64,000 nt of DNA from Candidatus Obscuribacteraceae bacterium (GCA_044229845.1 JBGASG010000004.1:32001-96000), one strand, 5' to 3'; positions 48,566 to 57,892 are shown, counted from the stretch's first letter. Made by a program: numbers and translations. Notes: generated from the sequence alone by a model not told the origin.

Positions 48566-49744
48566 ATGGCAGACGACTCTTTTACCCAAGACGAATTGAC
48601 GCGCTACAGCCGGCACGTGCTCTTGCCGGAAGTCGGACTGTCCGGACAGAAGAAGCTAAAGGCCGCCAGCGTGCTGGTCGTCGGCAGCGGCGGTCTGGGC
48701 AGTCCGGTCTCGCTCTACCTGGCATCTGCTGGGGTGGGAACCATCGGGCTTCTGGATTTCGACACGGTCGATTTATCCAACCTGCAGCGGCAAATTCTCT
48801 TCAAAATCGCCGACATCGGCAAGTCAAAAGCAAAGGTCGGCGCTCAACGGTTGAAGGCCCTCAATGACTGCATCAAAGTGAAAGTTCATGATGTGCACAT
48901 GGCGTCGGACAATGCCTTGAAGATTCTCGCCGACTACGATGTCGTGGTGGACGGCACGGATAACTTCGCATCTCGCTATCTATTAAATGATGCCTGCCAG
49001 CGCCTGGGTAAACCTTACGTCTATGGTTCGATCTACCGATTTGAAGGTCAAGCATCGGTATTTATTCCAGGAAAAGGCTGCTACCGCTGTCTGTTCCCGG
49101 TCATGCCCGATGTGCAGGCAGTACCCAACTGCGCCGAGATTGGTGTGATGGGCGCAGTTGCCGGCATCATCGGAACCATACAAGCCACCGAAACTATCAA
49201 GCTGCTCACCGGTGCAGGCGACAGCCTGAGCGGGCGGTTGTTGATTTTCGATGCTCTGGGCATGACCTTCGACGCCTTACCTATCGAGCGTGATGCGATG
49301 TGCACCGCCTGTGGTGACGGAGCGGAAGTGGAAATCGTCGATGAACAATTTGCCTGCGCCGGTCAGAGCGATCAAGATTCGGAAGGACGCCCCATTGAAT
49401 TGCACTGGGTGGCACAAGAGAAACCGCGCGACATCAGCCCCGAAGATCTCAGCAAGATGCTCGACGAAGACGGCAAAAACCTGTTGCTGCTCGACGTGCG
49501 TACCCCCGAAGAGTTCACCATCTGCGCATTGAGCGGAGCGCAATTAATCCCCTTGATTCAATTGCCGCGTCGCCTTGAAGAGATCGATAAAGAAAAACAC
49601 ATCGTTGTCTATTGCCACCACGGTGTACGCAGTCGCAGCGCCTGCCAGCTCTTGAGAGAAAGCGGCTTCGAGCAGGTCTCCAACCTGCGGGGCGGCATTG
49701 CCGCCTGGGCTCGTGAAGTGGATACCTCGCTGCCGCAGTACTGA
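48566..49744 (+). CDS. moeB: Molybdopterin/thiamine-type adenylyltransferase with C-terminal rhodanese (MoeB/MoeZ)
   Basis: RYSRH, VGSGGLG, DFDTVDLSNLQRQ, DGTDNF, CYRC, CTAC. Rhodanese LLDVR...YCHHGVRS...GGIAAW. Confidence 0.93.
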   Translation: MADDSFTQDELTRYSRHVLLPEVGLSGQKKLKAASVLVVGSGGLGSPVSLYLASAGVGTIGLLDFDTVDLSNLQRQILFKIADIGKSKAKVGAQRLKALNDCIKVKVHDVHMASDNALKILADYDVVVDGTDNFASRYLLNDACQRLGKPYVYGSIYRFEGQASVFIPGKGCYRCLFPVMPDVQAVPNCAEIGVMGAVAGIIGTIQATETIKLLTGAGDSLSGRLLIFDALGMTFDALPIERDAMCTACGDGAEVEIVDEQFACAGQSDQDSEGRPIELHWVAQEKPRDISPEDLSKMLDEDGKNLLLLDVRTPEEFTICALSGAQLIPLIQLPRRLEEIDKEKHIVVYCHHGVRSRSACQLLRESGFEQVSNLRGGIAAWAREVDTSLPQY

Positions 49745-49985
49745 TTTTTCGCATTGCCCGCCGCAAAAACTATGAAAAACCCCAGGATCGCTTTTGGGGC
49801 GGCTCCGATTGATTCCAGCGCCGCTTAGGCATACACTGGGCTCAAATCGCATCTTTGGTTTCTTTTTTACTACGTCCGCGGTGCCTTTCGGCACTAAAAC
49901 ATTACTACGGCAAGCGCCTGCACGTCTCGGCAGGCTCCGCCCGGCGCTGTTTTGGCGCCGCATTTTTTCGCAAGGAGTTTAATCC

Positions 49986-52796
49986 ATGGCCACCATAGAC
50001 ATCGCTCCACCCGATGCGCCGGACCAGGAGCCCAACAATAACAATGCCGGCAACCAGCATCAGACACCACCACCGGACTACACGGATTCGCGGCAGAATA
50101 CGCCGCCTCATGCAGATGACGAAGATCACGAGACTGATGAGTCCAAGCGGGCTTCCGGCAATAAGAACGCGCTTCTGGCTCTGGCACTGGCATTTGGCGC
50201 AGTGGTACCGACTGTGGTGCTAGCCGGTTTCGGCACAATCAACTTCGAAGGCATCTGGAGGCTGACATGCCGGTTGCCCGTCGAGACGATTGTCCAGATC
50301 GGTATGCTTTTGCTGGTGCCCCTGGCTAACGTGCTGGTTGCCGATGCGGCCAAGCGCAACAATCCCCGGCATCAGCTGAAATTAAGCGTGTTGCAGGGAT
50401 CGGCCATCGGCGTCAGCGGCATCGTCACCATCGCTTCTATGCTCGCCTATCTTGCCACACTCACCCCGGTTGGTGCCGCTCACAACATTGGTGCCAACTT
50501 TTCCTATTTGCTGATTTCCATGGTTTCGCTGGCGTCCACCGCATCAAGCCTTTACATAGGTTGGCTTTTGCGCAATACAAAAGAAACGCGTGCCGCGCGC
50601 AACAAGACCGTCATCTTCGCCGCCCTCGGCATGCTGATTGCCGTTGGTTCGCTCTTAGGATCGGAAGCGCGCTCGGCCTATATTCGTTTCGTCGAGTGGC
50701 AAGCCAGTTCTGAAACCGCCTCCGAGCGCGAGCAAGCAATTGATACGTTGCGCTCGCTCGGCACCGAGAAAGACTTGCGCATGGAGATTGCAGACGCACG
50801 CGTCGGCGGCTTTTCCGGCATCTTCTATGCCCTCAATCCATCGACTATCCGCCAGCTCTATTTCGCGGTCGCAGGCAAGCCCTATCTCGATCAATACACA
50901 GACATTGCCACCATGCCCAGCGAGTTTCTCTCGCGCGATATCGTCGGCGAAAAGATTCAAGGACTCTCGCTTCTGCGCTCGACCATGACCGGTTCCGTCA
51001 ATCCTGACAGTTTGACGAGCACAGTCAATTGGGTGTTCATCTTCAAGAATCGCTCCATGTTCAATCAGGAAGCTCGCGCTCAGATTGCTCTGCCAAACGG
51101 CGGCGTCGTCAGCGGCTTGACCCTCTCCGTCAACGGCAAACCGCAGTCGGCAGCCTTTGCCGGCAACGACCGCGTGACGGGTGCGTACAACTGGGTGGCC
51201 CACAGCAACCGGGATCCGGCACTCGTCACCTATTTAGGAAAGGAGCGCGTACTTCTGCAATGCGCACCGGTACCGGCGCAAGGCGAAATGAAAGTAGCGC
51301 TGGCCATATCTGCACCGGTCAATCTGCAAGCCAAATCGGATGCATCGATGTCCCTGCCCAAGCTGTTGAACACCAACTTCTCAGTGGTGCCCAATAACGA
51401 ACACACGCTGCGCTTGCGCACGCCGTCAGACGCCGAGATCACTATGGAGAAAGTGCGCAGAGCCAGCAACGGCACTCAGAGCATGGTCGTCGGCGAGCTG
51501 AAGGAAACCGAGATGACCGGCAGTGGATTGGCTCTGCGCCTGCATAAGCTGCCCGAATTCCAACCGGTGGCAGCCTACGATCCACTGAGCCGTTCGTATG
51601 TTGTGGAGACGGTCAAAGAAGTGGTGCCTACCGTACCCAGCAACCTGGTGATTGTCGTCGACGGCTCCGTGCGTATGAAAGACTCCGCCAAGCAGGTGCG
51701 TACTGTCCTGCAGAAACTGCCGCCGAACGTCAATGCCACCATGGTCGTGGCAGGCGACGGTAATGTCAGCGAGCCGGTCTCCATTGCCGAGGGACTGAAA
51801 CAACTCGACCATCTCAATTACAAGGGCGGTTGCGACAACCTGCGCGCAGTCGTCAAAGCAGCCGAGGTCGCTGGAGAAACACCACAGAGCGCCGTGCTCT
51901 GGTTGCACGGGCCCCAACCGAGTCTGAACAACGAAATGTACGCAATGGCCCCTTACGTGCACACGCCAAAATTCTTCGAAGTGGCACTGGACGGTGCTGA
52001 CAGCAACACCAGCGAATTCTTCAAGAACCATCGGGAAATCGGACCCTTCAGCGTCATCGCCGCCGGGCCCACTGCCGTTGGCGATCTGGAGCGGTATATA
52101 TATCGCTGGCATCCAGGCGGACGCGAGTTCATCTCCGACTTCAGCTGCACTTTTGAGAAACCGAGCTGCAGAATTCTGGACGCCAAAGCCAATCCGGAAC
52201 AAACTCGCGAATTGCTCGCGCTGGGCGCCAACAATCAATGCGAGAAACTGATTGCCAAAAACCATCGCAACCTGGCGGCGTCGCTGGCATCACAAGCACG
52301 CATCGTGTCGCAAATGACCGGCGCCGTCGTGCTCGAACGCGAGAGCGACTATCAGACCTGGCAATTGCGCCACACCGATGGACACCGGGCCGCCGAGATT
52401 CAAGGTGCCACCAACGCCACGATTGAACCTGTCGACAATGTTATAGCGCCCGATATGCAGGGTGCCACCAACGGCACTGTCGGTCCGCAGGGAGAAGATG
52501 CAACTGTGATCATGGGCGTCAACACCGCCGGCACAGTGCGCGTCAACAACCTGGCCAATCTGGAAGCCTTCTGGAACATCGTCTCCACCCTCGCCGAAAT
52601 CGTCCTTGTGATCATGGGCGGCACACAGCTCGTGCTGGCCGTGACCAAGAGCGAAAGCAAAGGCTTCTGCAGACGCACGGTCGGTCGCGTCGAACGCGCC
52701 CTCTGGGGATTGGCTTTGCTCGGAGGTGGATTGCTCCTGCCCAACATCGTCAACTGGATGGTGGCTTCGGCAAGAGATGCCAATCTCTTCAGCTAA
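49986..52796 (+). CDS. Multi-TM protein with VIT (vault/inter-alpha-trypsin) and vWA-like domains and a C-terminal two-TM tail
   Basis: Several N-terminal TM helices. FKN....QEARAQIALPNGGVVSGLTL.VNG...AAF...RDPALV (VIT-like). VIVVDGS. SQMTGAVVLE. Confidence 0.8.
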   Translation: MATIDIAPPDAPDQEPNNNNAGNQHQTPPPDYTDSRQNTPPHADDEDHETDESKRASGNKNALLALALAFGAVVPTVVLAGFGTINFEGIWRLTCRLPVETIVQIGMLLLVPLANVLVADAAKRNNPRHQLKLSVLQGSAIGVSGIVTIASMLAYLATLTPVGAAHNIGANFSYLLISMVSLASTASSLYIGWLLRNTKETRAARNKTVIFAALGMLIAVGSLLGSEARSAYIRFVEWQASSETASEREQAIDTLRSLGTEKDLRMEIADARVGGFSGIFYALNPSTIRQLYFAVAGKPYLDQYTDIATMPSEFLSRDIVGEKIQGLSLLRSTMTGSVNPDSLTSTVNWVFIFKNRSMFNQEARAQIALPNGGVVSGLTLSVNGKPQSAAFAGNDRVTGAYNWVAHSNRDPALVTYLGKERVLLQCAPVPAQGEMKVALAISAPVNLQAKSDASMSLPKLLNTNFSVVPNNEHTLRLRTPSDAEITMEKVRRASNGTQSMVVGELKETEMTGSGLALRLHKLPEFQPVAAYDPLSRSYVVETVKEVVPTVPSNLVIVVDGSVRMKDSAKQVRTVLQKLPPNVNATMVVAGDGNVSEPVSIAEGLKQLDHLNYKGGCDNLRAVVKAAEVAGETPQSAVLWLHGPQPSLNNEMYAMAPYVHTPKFFEVALDGADSNTSEFFKNHREIGPFSVIAAGPTAVGDLERYIYRWHPGGREFISDFSCTFEKPSCRILDAKANPEQTRELLALGANNQCEKLIAKNHRNLAASLASQARIVSQMTGAVVLERESDYQTWQLRHTDGHRAAEIQGATNATIEPVDNVIAPDMQGATNGTVGPQGEDATVIMGVNTAGTVRVNNLANLEAFWNIVSTLAEIVLVIMGGTQLVLAVTKSESKGFCRRTVGRVERALWGLALLGGGLLLPNIVNWMVASARDANLFS

Positions 52797-52852
52797 GTCG
52801 GCGCCCCGCTAACTCACCGACCCGCGTTTACTTTTCCCACGAGAGAGAAACC

Positions 52853-52889
52853 CTGAAGCCCCGGCGAAAGCCGGGGTTTCAGTTTCTTT
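52853..52889 (+). terminator. Intrinsic terminator after the VIT gene
   Basis: CTGAAGCCCCGGC-GAAA-GCCGGGGTTTCAG followed by TTTCTTT. Confidence 0.8.
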
Positions 52890-53005
52890 GAGGTCCGGTT
52901 TTTCAATTCCTCCGACATGCAGGTCCCCGGTGTCCATATGGCAGTTTGCGAGAGAGCCTCTGCCGTGATGTTCTGGTGCGAAAAAATCACCGCAATCTGT
53001 CGGCT

Positions 53006-53042
53006 AAAAACCAGAACAGCCGGCAGATTGCCGGCTGTTCTG
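53006..53042 (-). terminator. Intrinsic terminator of a minus-strand unit
   Basis: 14-bp stem CAGAACAGCCGGCA/TGCCGGCTGTTCTG (53012-53042) followed on the - strand by GTTTTT. Confidence 0.75.
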
Positions 53043-53092
53043 ATCTATCGCGCTAAAACTTGTGAGGTATCAGGTGATGACTTGATTTGGAC

Positions 53093-53179
53093 TTAGATTC
53101 CGAGATAACGAGAAACGAGGACAACGCGCTCATTCATGATCAAGGCATATTTGTTGAATCCGATTCTTACCGTTGCCAT
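53093..53179 (-). CDS. Small ORF MATVRIGFNKYALIMNERVVLVSRYLGI (28 aa)
   Basis: GAGGTCCAGGACA before the ATG. Lies between an ECF-type promoter and a terminator on the same strand. Confidence 0.55.
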   Translation of the reverse strand: MATVRIGFNKYALIMNERVVLVSRYLGI

Positions 53180-53313
53180 TGTCCTGGACCTCTGATTTGC
53201 CTCACGCGATAACATTAACTCCGGCCCGGACCAACTTAAATGTTGATTCCGGCAAACCTGAGTGCGTAATTGTGCACTTCCCGTAAACGCCGATTGGGTT
53301 TCCCTTTACACGG

Positions 53314-53341
53314 TTAGACCAGTCGGCTAGCAAATAGTTCC
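53314..53341 (-). promoter_or_regulatory. SigmaE/ECF-type promoter GGAACT-N16-GTCTAA
   Basis: The - strand reads GGAACT atttgctagccgactg GTCTAA. Confidence 0.6.
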
Positions 53342-53460
53342 TGGTGCGCAAAACAAAATTCTGTTATCGGCCGCCGAGCGCAGCGAGTTTCTAACCAAGA
53401 CCCGCATGGCAAGCCGGTTTGGTGCATTACGTAAGGAGTTTGTAAGCTGGCGCGACCGGT

Positions 53461-54201
53461 TTAGAAACCGTTGGCAGGACCGGATCCCAGGAAGCGGCTA
53501 ACTTTGGTCTGCATCTGTGGGTTCGACTTGATCAGCCCGTTCATGATGTTGGGATAGAGCAAGATACCGGCAACGGCTGCCGTCGCGCCAACTTCCTGCT
53601 GGCTCATGCCGAACATCGCCTTGCACGGATCGGGCGCCGGCTGCTGCATCGCTGATGCCGGAACAACAATCACTTGCACGTTAGAAGGCATGCTGTTGTT
53701 GTACATCATGTTGCCTTGCATGCCCATGTTGCCTTGCATGCCCATGTTGCCTCGCATGCCCATGTTGCCTTGCATGCCCATGTTGCCTTGCATGCCCATG
53801 TTGCCTTGCATGCCCATGTTGCCTTGCGTCGGCAGAGTCATGGGGATAGAGTCACCCATGTACTCGGGTTCTTCGTTCATCTGAGGCTGCATCGACTGCA
53901 TCTGCGGCTGCATCTGCTGCTGCATCTGGGGTGGCGTGCCGACATCCACGACCGTGGTCCCGGCGGCGGAGTTGAGGCTATTACCAATATCGCTCATCCA
54001 CTTGGGCTGCCCCATAGCGGGAGCCTGCTGCACCGGCGTGCCGACATTCACCACCGTTGTACCGGCAGCAGAATTGAGACTGTTGCCGATGTCGGTCATC
54101 CATTTGGGCTGTCCGGCGTCTTGCGCAAGTGCGGCGGGAGCCGCCAGCAAACATGCCGAAAGCAGCGCGACTGAGAGCGAAATCGTGTTAGACCGGCTCA
54201 T
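53461..54201 (-). CDS. Exported Met/Gln/Gly-rich repeat protein
   Basis: Signal ending ALA. Two copies of QPKWMxDIGNSLNSAAGTTVVxVGTP. (QGNMGM)n tract. Confidence 0.75.
   Translation of the reverse strand: MSRSNTISLSVALLSACLLAAPAALAQDAGQPKWMTDIGNSLNSAAGTTVVNVGTPVQQAPAMGQPKWMSDIGNSLNSAAGTTVVDVGTPPQMQQQMQPQMQSMQPQMNEEPEYMGDSIPMTLPTQGNMGMQGNMGMQGNMGMQGNMGMRGNMGMQGNMGMQGNMMYNNSMPSNVQVIVVPASAMQQPAPDPCKAMFGMSQQEVGATAAVAGILLYPNIMNGLIKSNPQMQTKVSRFLGSGPANGF
53707..53827. repeat. 18-bp tandem repeat CATGTTGCCTTGCATGCC, ~6.7 copies (encodes QGNMGM)
   Basis: Units start at 53707, 53725, 53743 (one T>C), 53761, 53779, 53797 and 53815 (partial). Confidence 0.95.
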
Positions 54202-54288
54202 AAGCTTATATCCCATTGATTCAGGTAATGGGATGATATGGCCGGTTGACGACCAGGTCAATGCGGAAAACCGGCGGCTTGATAAGGC

Positions 54289-55683
54289 TTACCAGCCGAC
54301 ATACGACTCTGGATCCACGCTGAACTGCGAATGCCTTTTCCGGACGTCATCGCTGTATTGCTTGTTGCGCAGCAACTCGAGAGCCCGCTTCAACTGCGCA
54401 TCCTCCGGCGACAACGGCATCGCTTTTTCGGGATTGGCCACGACGATGTCCGGTGTCAGCCCGATTCTTTCCTTGTTGCCGTCGCCAAACCAGTCCTTGT
54501 GCGGAGAATAATATCGAGTTGAAGTCACCTTCACAGCCGCGGCGCCGGTGGGAATGATTTCTTGAGCCACTCCCTTGCCGAAGGTTTGGCTGCCGACCAC
54601 AATTGCGGCTCCATTGTCGCGAATGGCTGCGGCTGCCATCTCAGAAGCAGACGCACTGTACTCGTTGACTAGAATCACAACTGGTTTGTCTACAATGTCC
54701 TTTTCCTTCTTGAACGTCTGGCGCCCAGTACGTCCGTCCGTGGCAGTGATTGTGACTGTGCCGTCGGTTGCTTTGGACGAAACGTTGTAGTCCTCCGTGA
54801 TCCAGACTGGATGAGCGGGATCGGACTCAAGGCGACTTCGGGTCGAAACCAGGGTGCCGTCGCCGACAAAGAGCGATGCAATCTTGAGCGCGTTGTTCAC
54901 GGAGCCGCCTGGATTGAAGCGCAAATCGAGGATGTATGCCTTGGCGTCTTTGTTCTTCAAAAGCGCAGCCTTCACCTGGTCGGACGCGTCGTCTTGCAGG
55001 AAGGTAGAGAGCGAGATGTAGGCAACATTACCATCCAACATTTTTTCCTCGACCACAGGCGCTTTCACCTGCGCCCGCGTGATCTTGAACGGCATCTCCT
55101 TTCCGTCGCGAGTGACGGTGAGAAGCACGTCGGTTCCGGTCTTGCCACGAATTAGATCGAGCGCATCAACTTGCTTGAATTCGTTCAAATCCAGTCCGTT
55201 CACTTTGGTGATCACATCGCCGTAGCGCAACCCGGCTTTCTGCGCGGGACCTCCGTCAAATACTCGCTGGACCGTCAGGGGTCCTTTTGCTTGATCATCG
55301 GGTGATGACTGGATCGAGATACCAATTCCGCTGAAGCCGCCATCGACTTTCTGAGTCAGGGCTTTCAATTTGTCCGGGTCGAGAATTTCGGTGAAAGGGT
55401 CCCCGAGAGAGGCGACAGCTTGTTCCGCGTATTTGTAAGCATCCTCTGTGCTTTTCACGTCGCAACTGTACCGGTTCAAGAACTCGTCTCGGTTGCCCAG
55501 AACCGACGGGTCGTAGATGTTGCGCATGGTGACCTGCAGCAACTCGTCATAAATCGGATTTCTGACGCAGGCATCCTGCGGGGAATTCAAGTAACCCTTC
55601 AGAAAGTCCAGAAGTCCAGCGGTTGTGCTGGTTTGCGGCGGGTCGCCGCCCGCATCGCTCAATAATTCAATGCCACTTCCCAT
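54289..55683 (-). CDS. S41 family C-terminal processing protease (PDZ + Ctp)
   Basis: SLGDPFT, GIGI, PAQKAGL..GD, LDLRFNPGG, SASASE, TFGKG, GLTPD. Confidence 0.92.
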   Translation of the reverse strand: MGSGIELLSDAGGDPPQTSTTAGLLDFLKGYLNSPQDACVRNPIYDELLQVTMRNIYDPSVLGNRDEFLNRYSCDVKSTEDAYKYAEQAVASLGDPFTEILDPDKLKALTQKVDGGFSGIGISIQSSPDDQAKGPLTVQRVFDGGPAQKAGLRYGDVITKVNGLDLNEFKQVDALDLIRGKTGTDVLLTVTRDGKEMPFKITRAQVKAPVVEEKMLDGNVAYISLSTFLQDDASDQVKAALLKNKDAKAYILDLRFNPGGSVNNALKIASLFVGDGTLVSTRSRLESDPAHPVWITEDYNVSSKATDGTVTITATDGRTGRQTFKKEKDIVDKPVVILVNEYSASASEMAAAAIRDNGAAIVVGSQTFGKGVAQEIIPTGAAAVKVTSTRYYSPHKDWFGDGNKERIGLTPDIVVANPEKAMPLSPEDAQLKRALELLRNKQYSDDVRKRHSQFSVDPESYVGW

Positions 55684-55848
55684 TTCGAAACGCCTCTGTC
55701 TGCCCAACAACCACTCATGTGGTCGTCGGTTGGGTAATCTAGACAGCCGTCACTGCTCCGATTGCGCCGGGACCATCCCAGACAGGATGATCATCGTTCG
55801 AGGATAGCCATGCACGTGTCTATGCAAATCGCGTGCAGATTTGACAGA

Positions 55849-57297
55849 TTATCTTGTTTTTGTCGGCGGCTTAACGAACATCGACGCAGCAGCCAACTGG
55901 ACATCGCGGCTGCTACCATATACGGTGCCGGCGGTGTTTTCAATTTCGTAATCAGGTTTCAATCCAGGACGGTTCTTATAGCCGTCACCGGGGTCTCTGC
56001 CTTTGGGCGTCAGATAGTTGAAGTTAGTGACCAGCATTTCGGAATTGCCGGGCAGGTTCTTGATCCACAGCTGTCCGCGTCCTTTGCCGAACGTTGATGT
56101 GCCGACAACCATCGCTACATTGTTGTCCTGCAACGCGCCTACCAGAATCTCGGCTGCCGAGGCTGTGTACTTATCTGTGAGCACGACAATTTGCTTGCCT
56201 TCAGCCATATAGGGGGTACGCAAAGTGCTGCGGATCACTTTCGGCTCCTGCCCAGGAACGGTCAGCATCTTGGTGATGTTTTTGTCATCGATACGATGCT
56301 CGATCATGTTGTATCTGTCTTCGCCTTCGCGGCGCTCACGCGTGCGCAGAACGGTGCCCGACCGCATGAAGAAGCCGGCAATTTCAACGGCTTCATCGAG
56401 TAATCCACCGGGGTTGCCGCGCAGATCGAGCACAATGGCTTGAGCATTCTGGCGGCGCTGCAGCGCGTCGAACATCATGTTGGAAAGGGTCTCTTTCTTA
56501 AAGTCATTGATCCTGATGTAGGCGGTGCGATCATCGAGCATGCGGTCAGTCAACGGCTCGTCGGCCGCGGGACGATTGAGAGTGAGCGGAATCAGCTTGT
56601 CGCCGCGCATGACCTCAACCGTGATCGGCTGATTCTTGTCTCCGCGCATGGCCAGTTGTGCTTCGTCGAACTCCAGACGCCGCAGGTCGATGTTGCTGGC
56701 GGTTACTATCCGGTCTCCTGGCAGCAGTCCGCTCTTCTTGGCGGCAGAATTGTCCGCGACCGATTCCACCTCCAGACCGCTGGGACCAAGCGGACCCGAC
56801 CCTTTGTACTTGAACCGGGCATCAATACCGGTGATCTGAGGCAAAGCTCGCGCCACATCAGTAGGCAAGGCAACACGCGTGAAAGGGTCGCCGATTTTGG
56901 CTACCTCAATCTTGGCGAAGCGCGCGGCGTCGTCATCGCTCTTGATCAGACAGTTGTACCGGCTGCGAATCGCGTCGACCGGCAACGAACGCGGCACGTA
57001 GTAGAGATTGTTGGCTTTATCGATGAACTGCTGGTACGTCGGCGAGGCGGGACACGCCTGGTCGCCAGTTTTGGGAACCACGGTGACGCTCTCGGGCGGA
57101 CGGCTGGGTCCGCCCTGTGCCTGAGCAATCAAGGAATCGGGATCGGCATCGGCAATCTGCGTCACAGTCGCCCCTTTCGGCAATCCGTCCGCATACTCGG
57201 CCGACAAAGGGCTCTCACCTGATGGGGGGTTTTTGCCACCAGGCGTGAAATCTTCGTGCTTGTCGGTCGTTGCGGAAGCCATCGGGGACACCATCAC
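55849..57297 (-). CDS. S41 family C-terminal processing protease (PDZ + Ctp), paralogue
   Basis: IGDPFT, SAAKKSGLLPGD, LDLRGNPGG, TASAAEI, TFGKG, GLKPD. Confidence 0.9.
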   Translation of the reverse strand: MMVSPMASATTDKHEDFTPGGKNPPSGESPLSAEYADGLPKGATVTQIADADPDSLIAQAQGGPSRPPESVTVVPKTGDQACPASPTYQQFIDKANNLYYVPRSLPVDAIRSRYNCLIKSDDDAARFAKIEVAKIGDPFTRVALPTDVARALPQITGIDARFKYKGSGPLGPSGLEVESVADNSAAKKSGLLPGDRIVTASNIDLRRLEFDEAQLAMRGDKNQPITVEVMRGDKLIPLTLNRPAADEPLTDRMLDDRTAYIRINDFKKETLSNMMFDALQRRQNAQAIVLDLRGNPGGLLDEAVEIAGFFMRSGTVLRTRERREGEDRYNMIEHRIDDKNITKMLTVPGQEPKVIRSTLRTPYMAEGKQIVVLTDKYTASAAEILVGALQDNNVAMVVGTSTFGKGRGQLWIKNLPGNSEMLVTNFNYLTPKGRDPGDGYKNRPGLKPDYEIENTAGTVYGSSRDVQLAAASMFVKPPTKTR

Positions 57298-57364
57298 CGC
57301 GTTCTATATACCCTGAAAGCCTGGTTTTAGAACATCTGCGGCTGTCGCCGCAGAGTTTCACGCT

Positions 57365-57892
57365 TCAAAATAGAGCCATGACTCCGAGCACAGTTAACAT
57401 GGCACCACACGCTCTGTTGATCCAGACAAGTCCGTCTTCGGATACCTTTTTACCGATGGCACCAGCGGCGGTGCTCAAAACAAACCACCAGACGGCCGAG
57501 CCCACGAAGACTCCCAGCACCACGAGCGGACTGTTCATCGGTCCCGAAGCTGACAGGGACGAGAACACAGCGGCGAAGGACAATATCGTCATCGGGTTGG
57601 TGAGGGTCAACAACAGGGTGGACAGAAAGCTCATCAAAAGTCCGCGCCCTTCCACACTGGCAGACCGCGTGGCGACAGGGGCGCAGGCAGTCTTCAGTCC
57701 CAGAGCCGCCGCCATTCCGTAGACCGCGTCTGCGCAAGCCGCTCCCAATCCAGACAAGAAACCGCTCAAGCGCCAGTCAGACAGAGTTCGCTTGATGCAC
57801 AGAAGACCAATCGGTCCAACCGGTGCAGCGATAGAAAACCCGATAATCGCACCTTTGCAAAACAGTTCGAAAGCCATGATGTTTCTCTCCAT
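57365..57892 (-). CDS. LysE/RhtB family translocator, apparently with an in-frame internal deletion
   Basis: GFSIAAPVGPIGLLCIKRTL, GLGAACADAVY, LTLTNPMTILSF, GSAVWW. Only 175 aa, lacking the usual L..GG.FL.YLG helix. Confidence 0.8.
   Translation of the reverse strand: MERNIMAFELFCKGAIIGFSIAAPVGPIGLLCIKRTLSDWRLSGFLSGLGAACADAVYGMAAALGLKTACAPVATRSASVEGRGLLMSFLSTLLLTLTNPMTILSFAAVFSSLSASGPMNSPLVVLGVFVGSAVWWFVLSTAAGAIGKKVSEDGLVWINRACGAMLTVLGVMALF

Noticed and set aside
53707..53827. CRISPR-like array
   Set aside because: Head-to-tail 18-bp units without spacers, in frame inside a CDS, and no cas genes.
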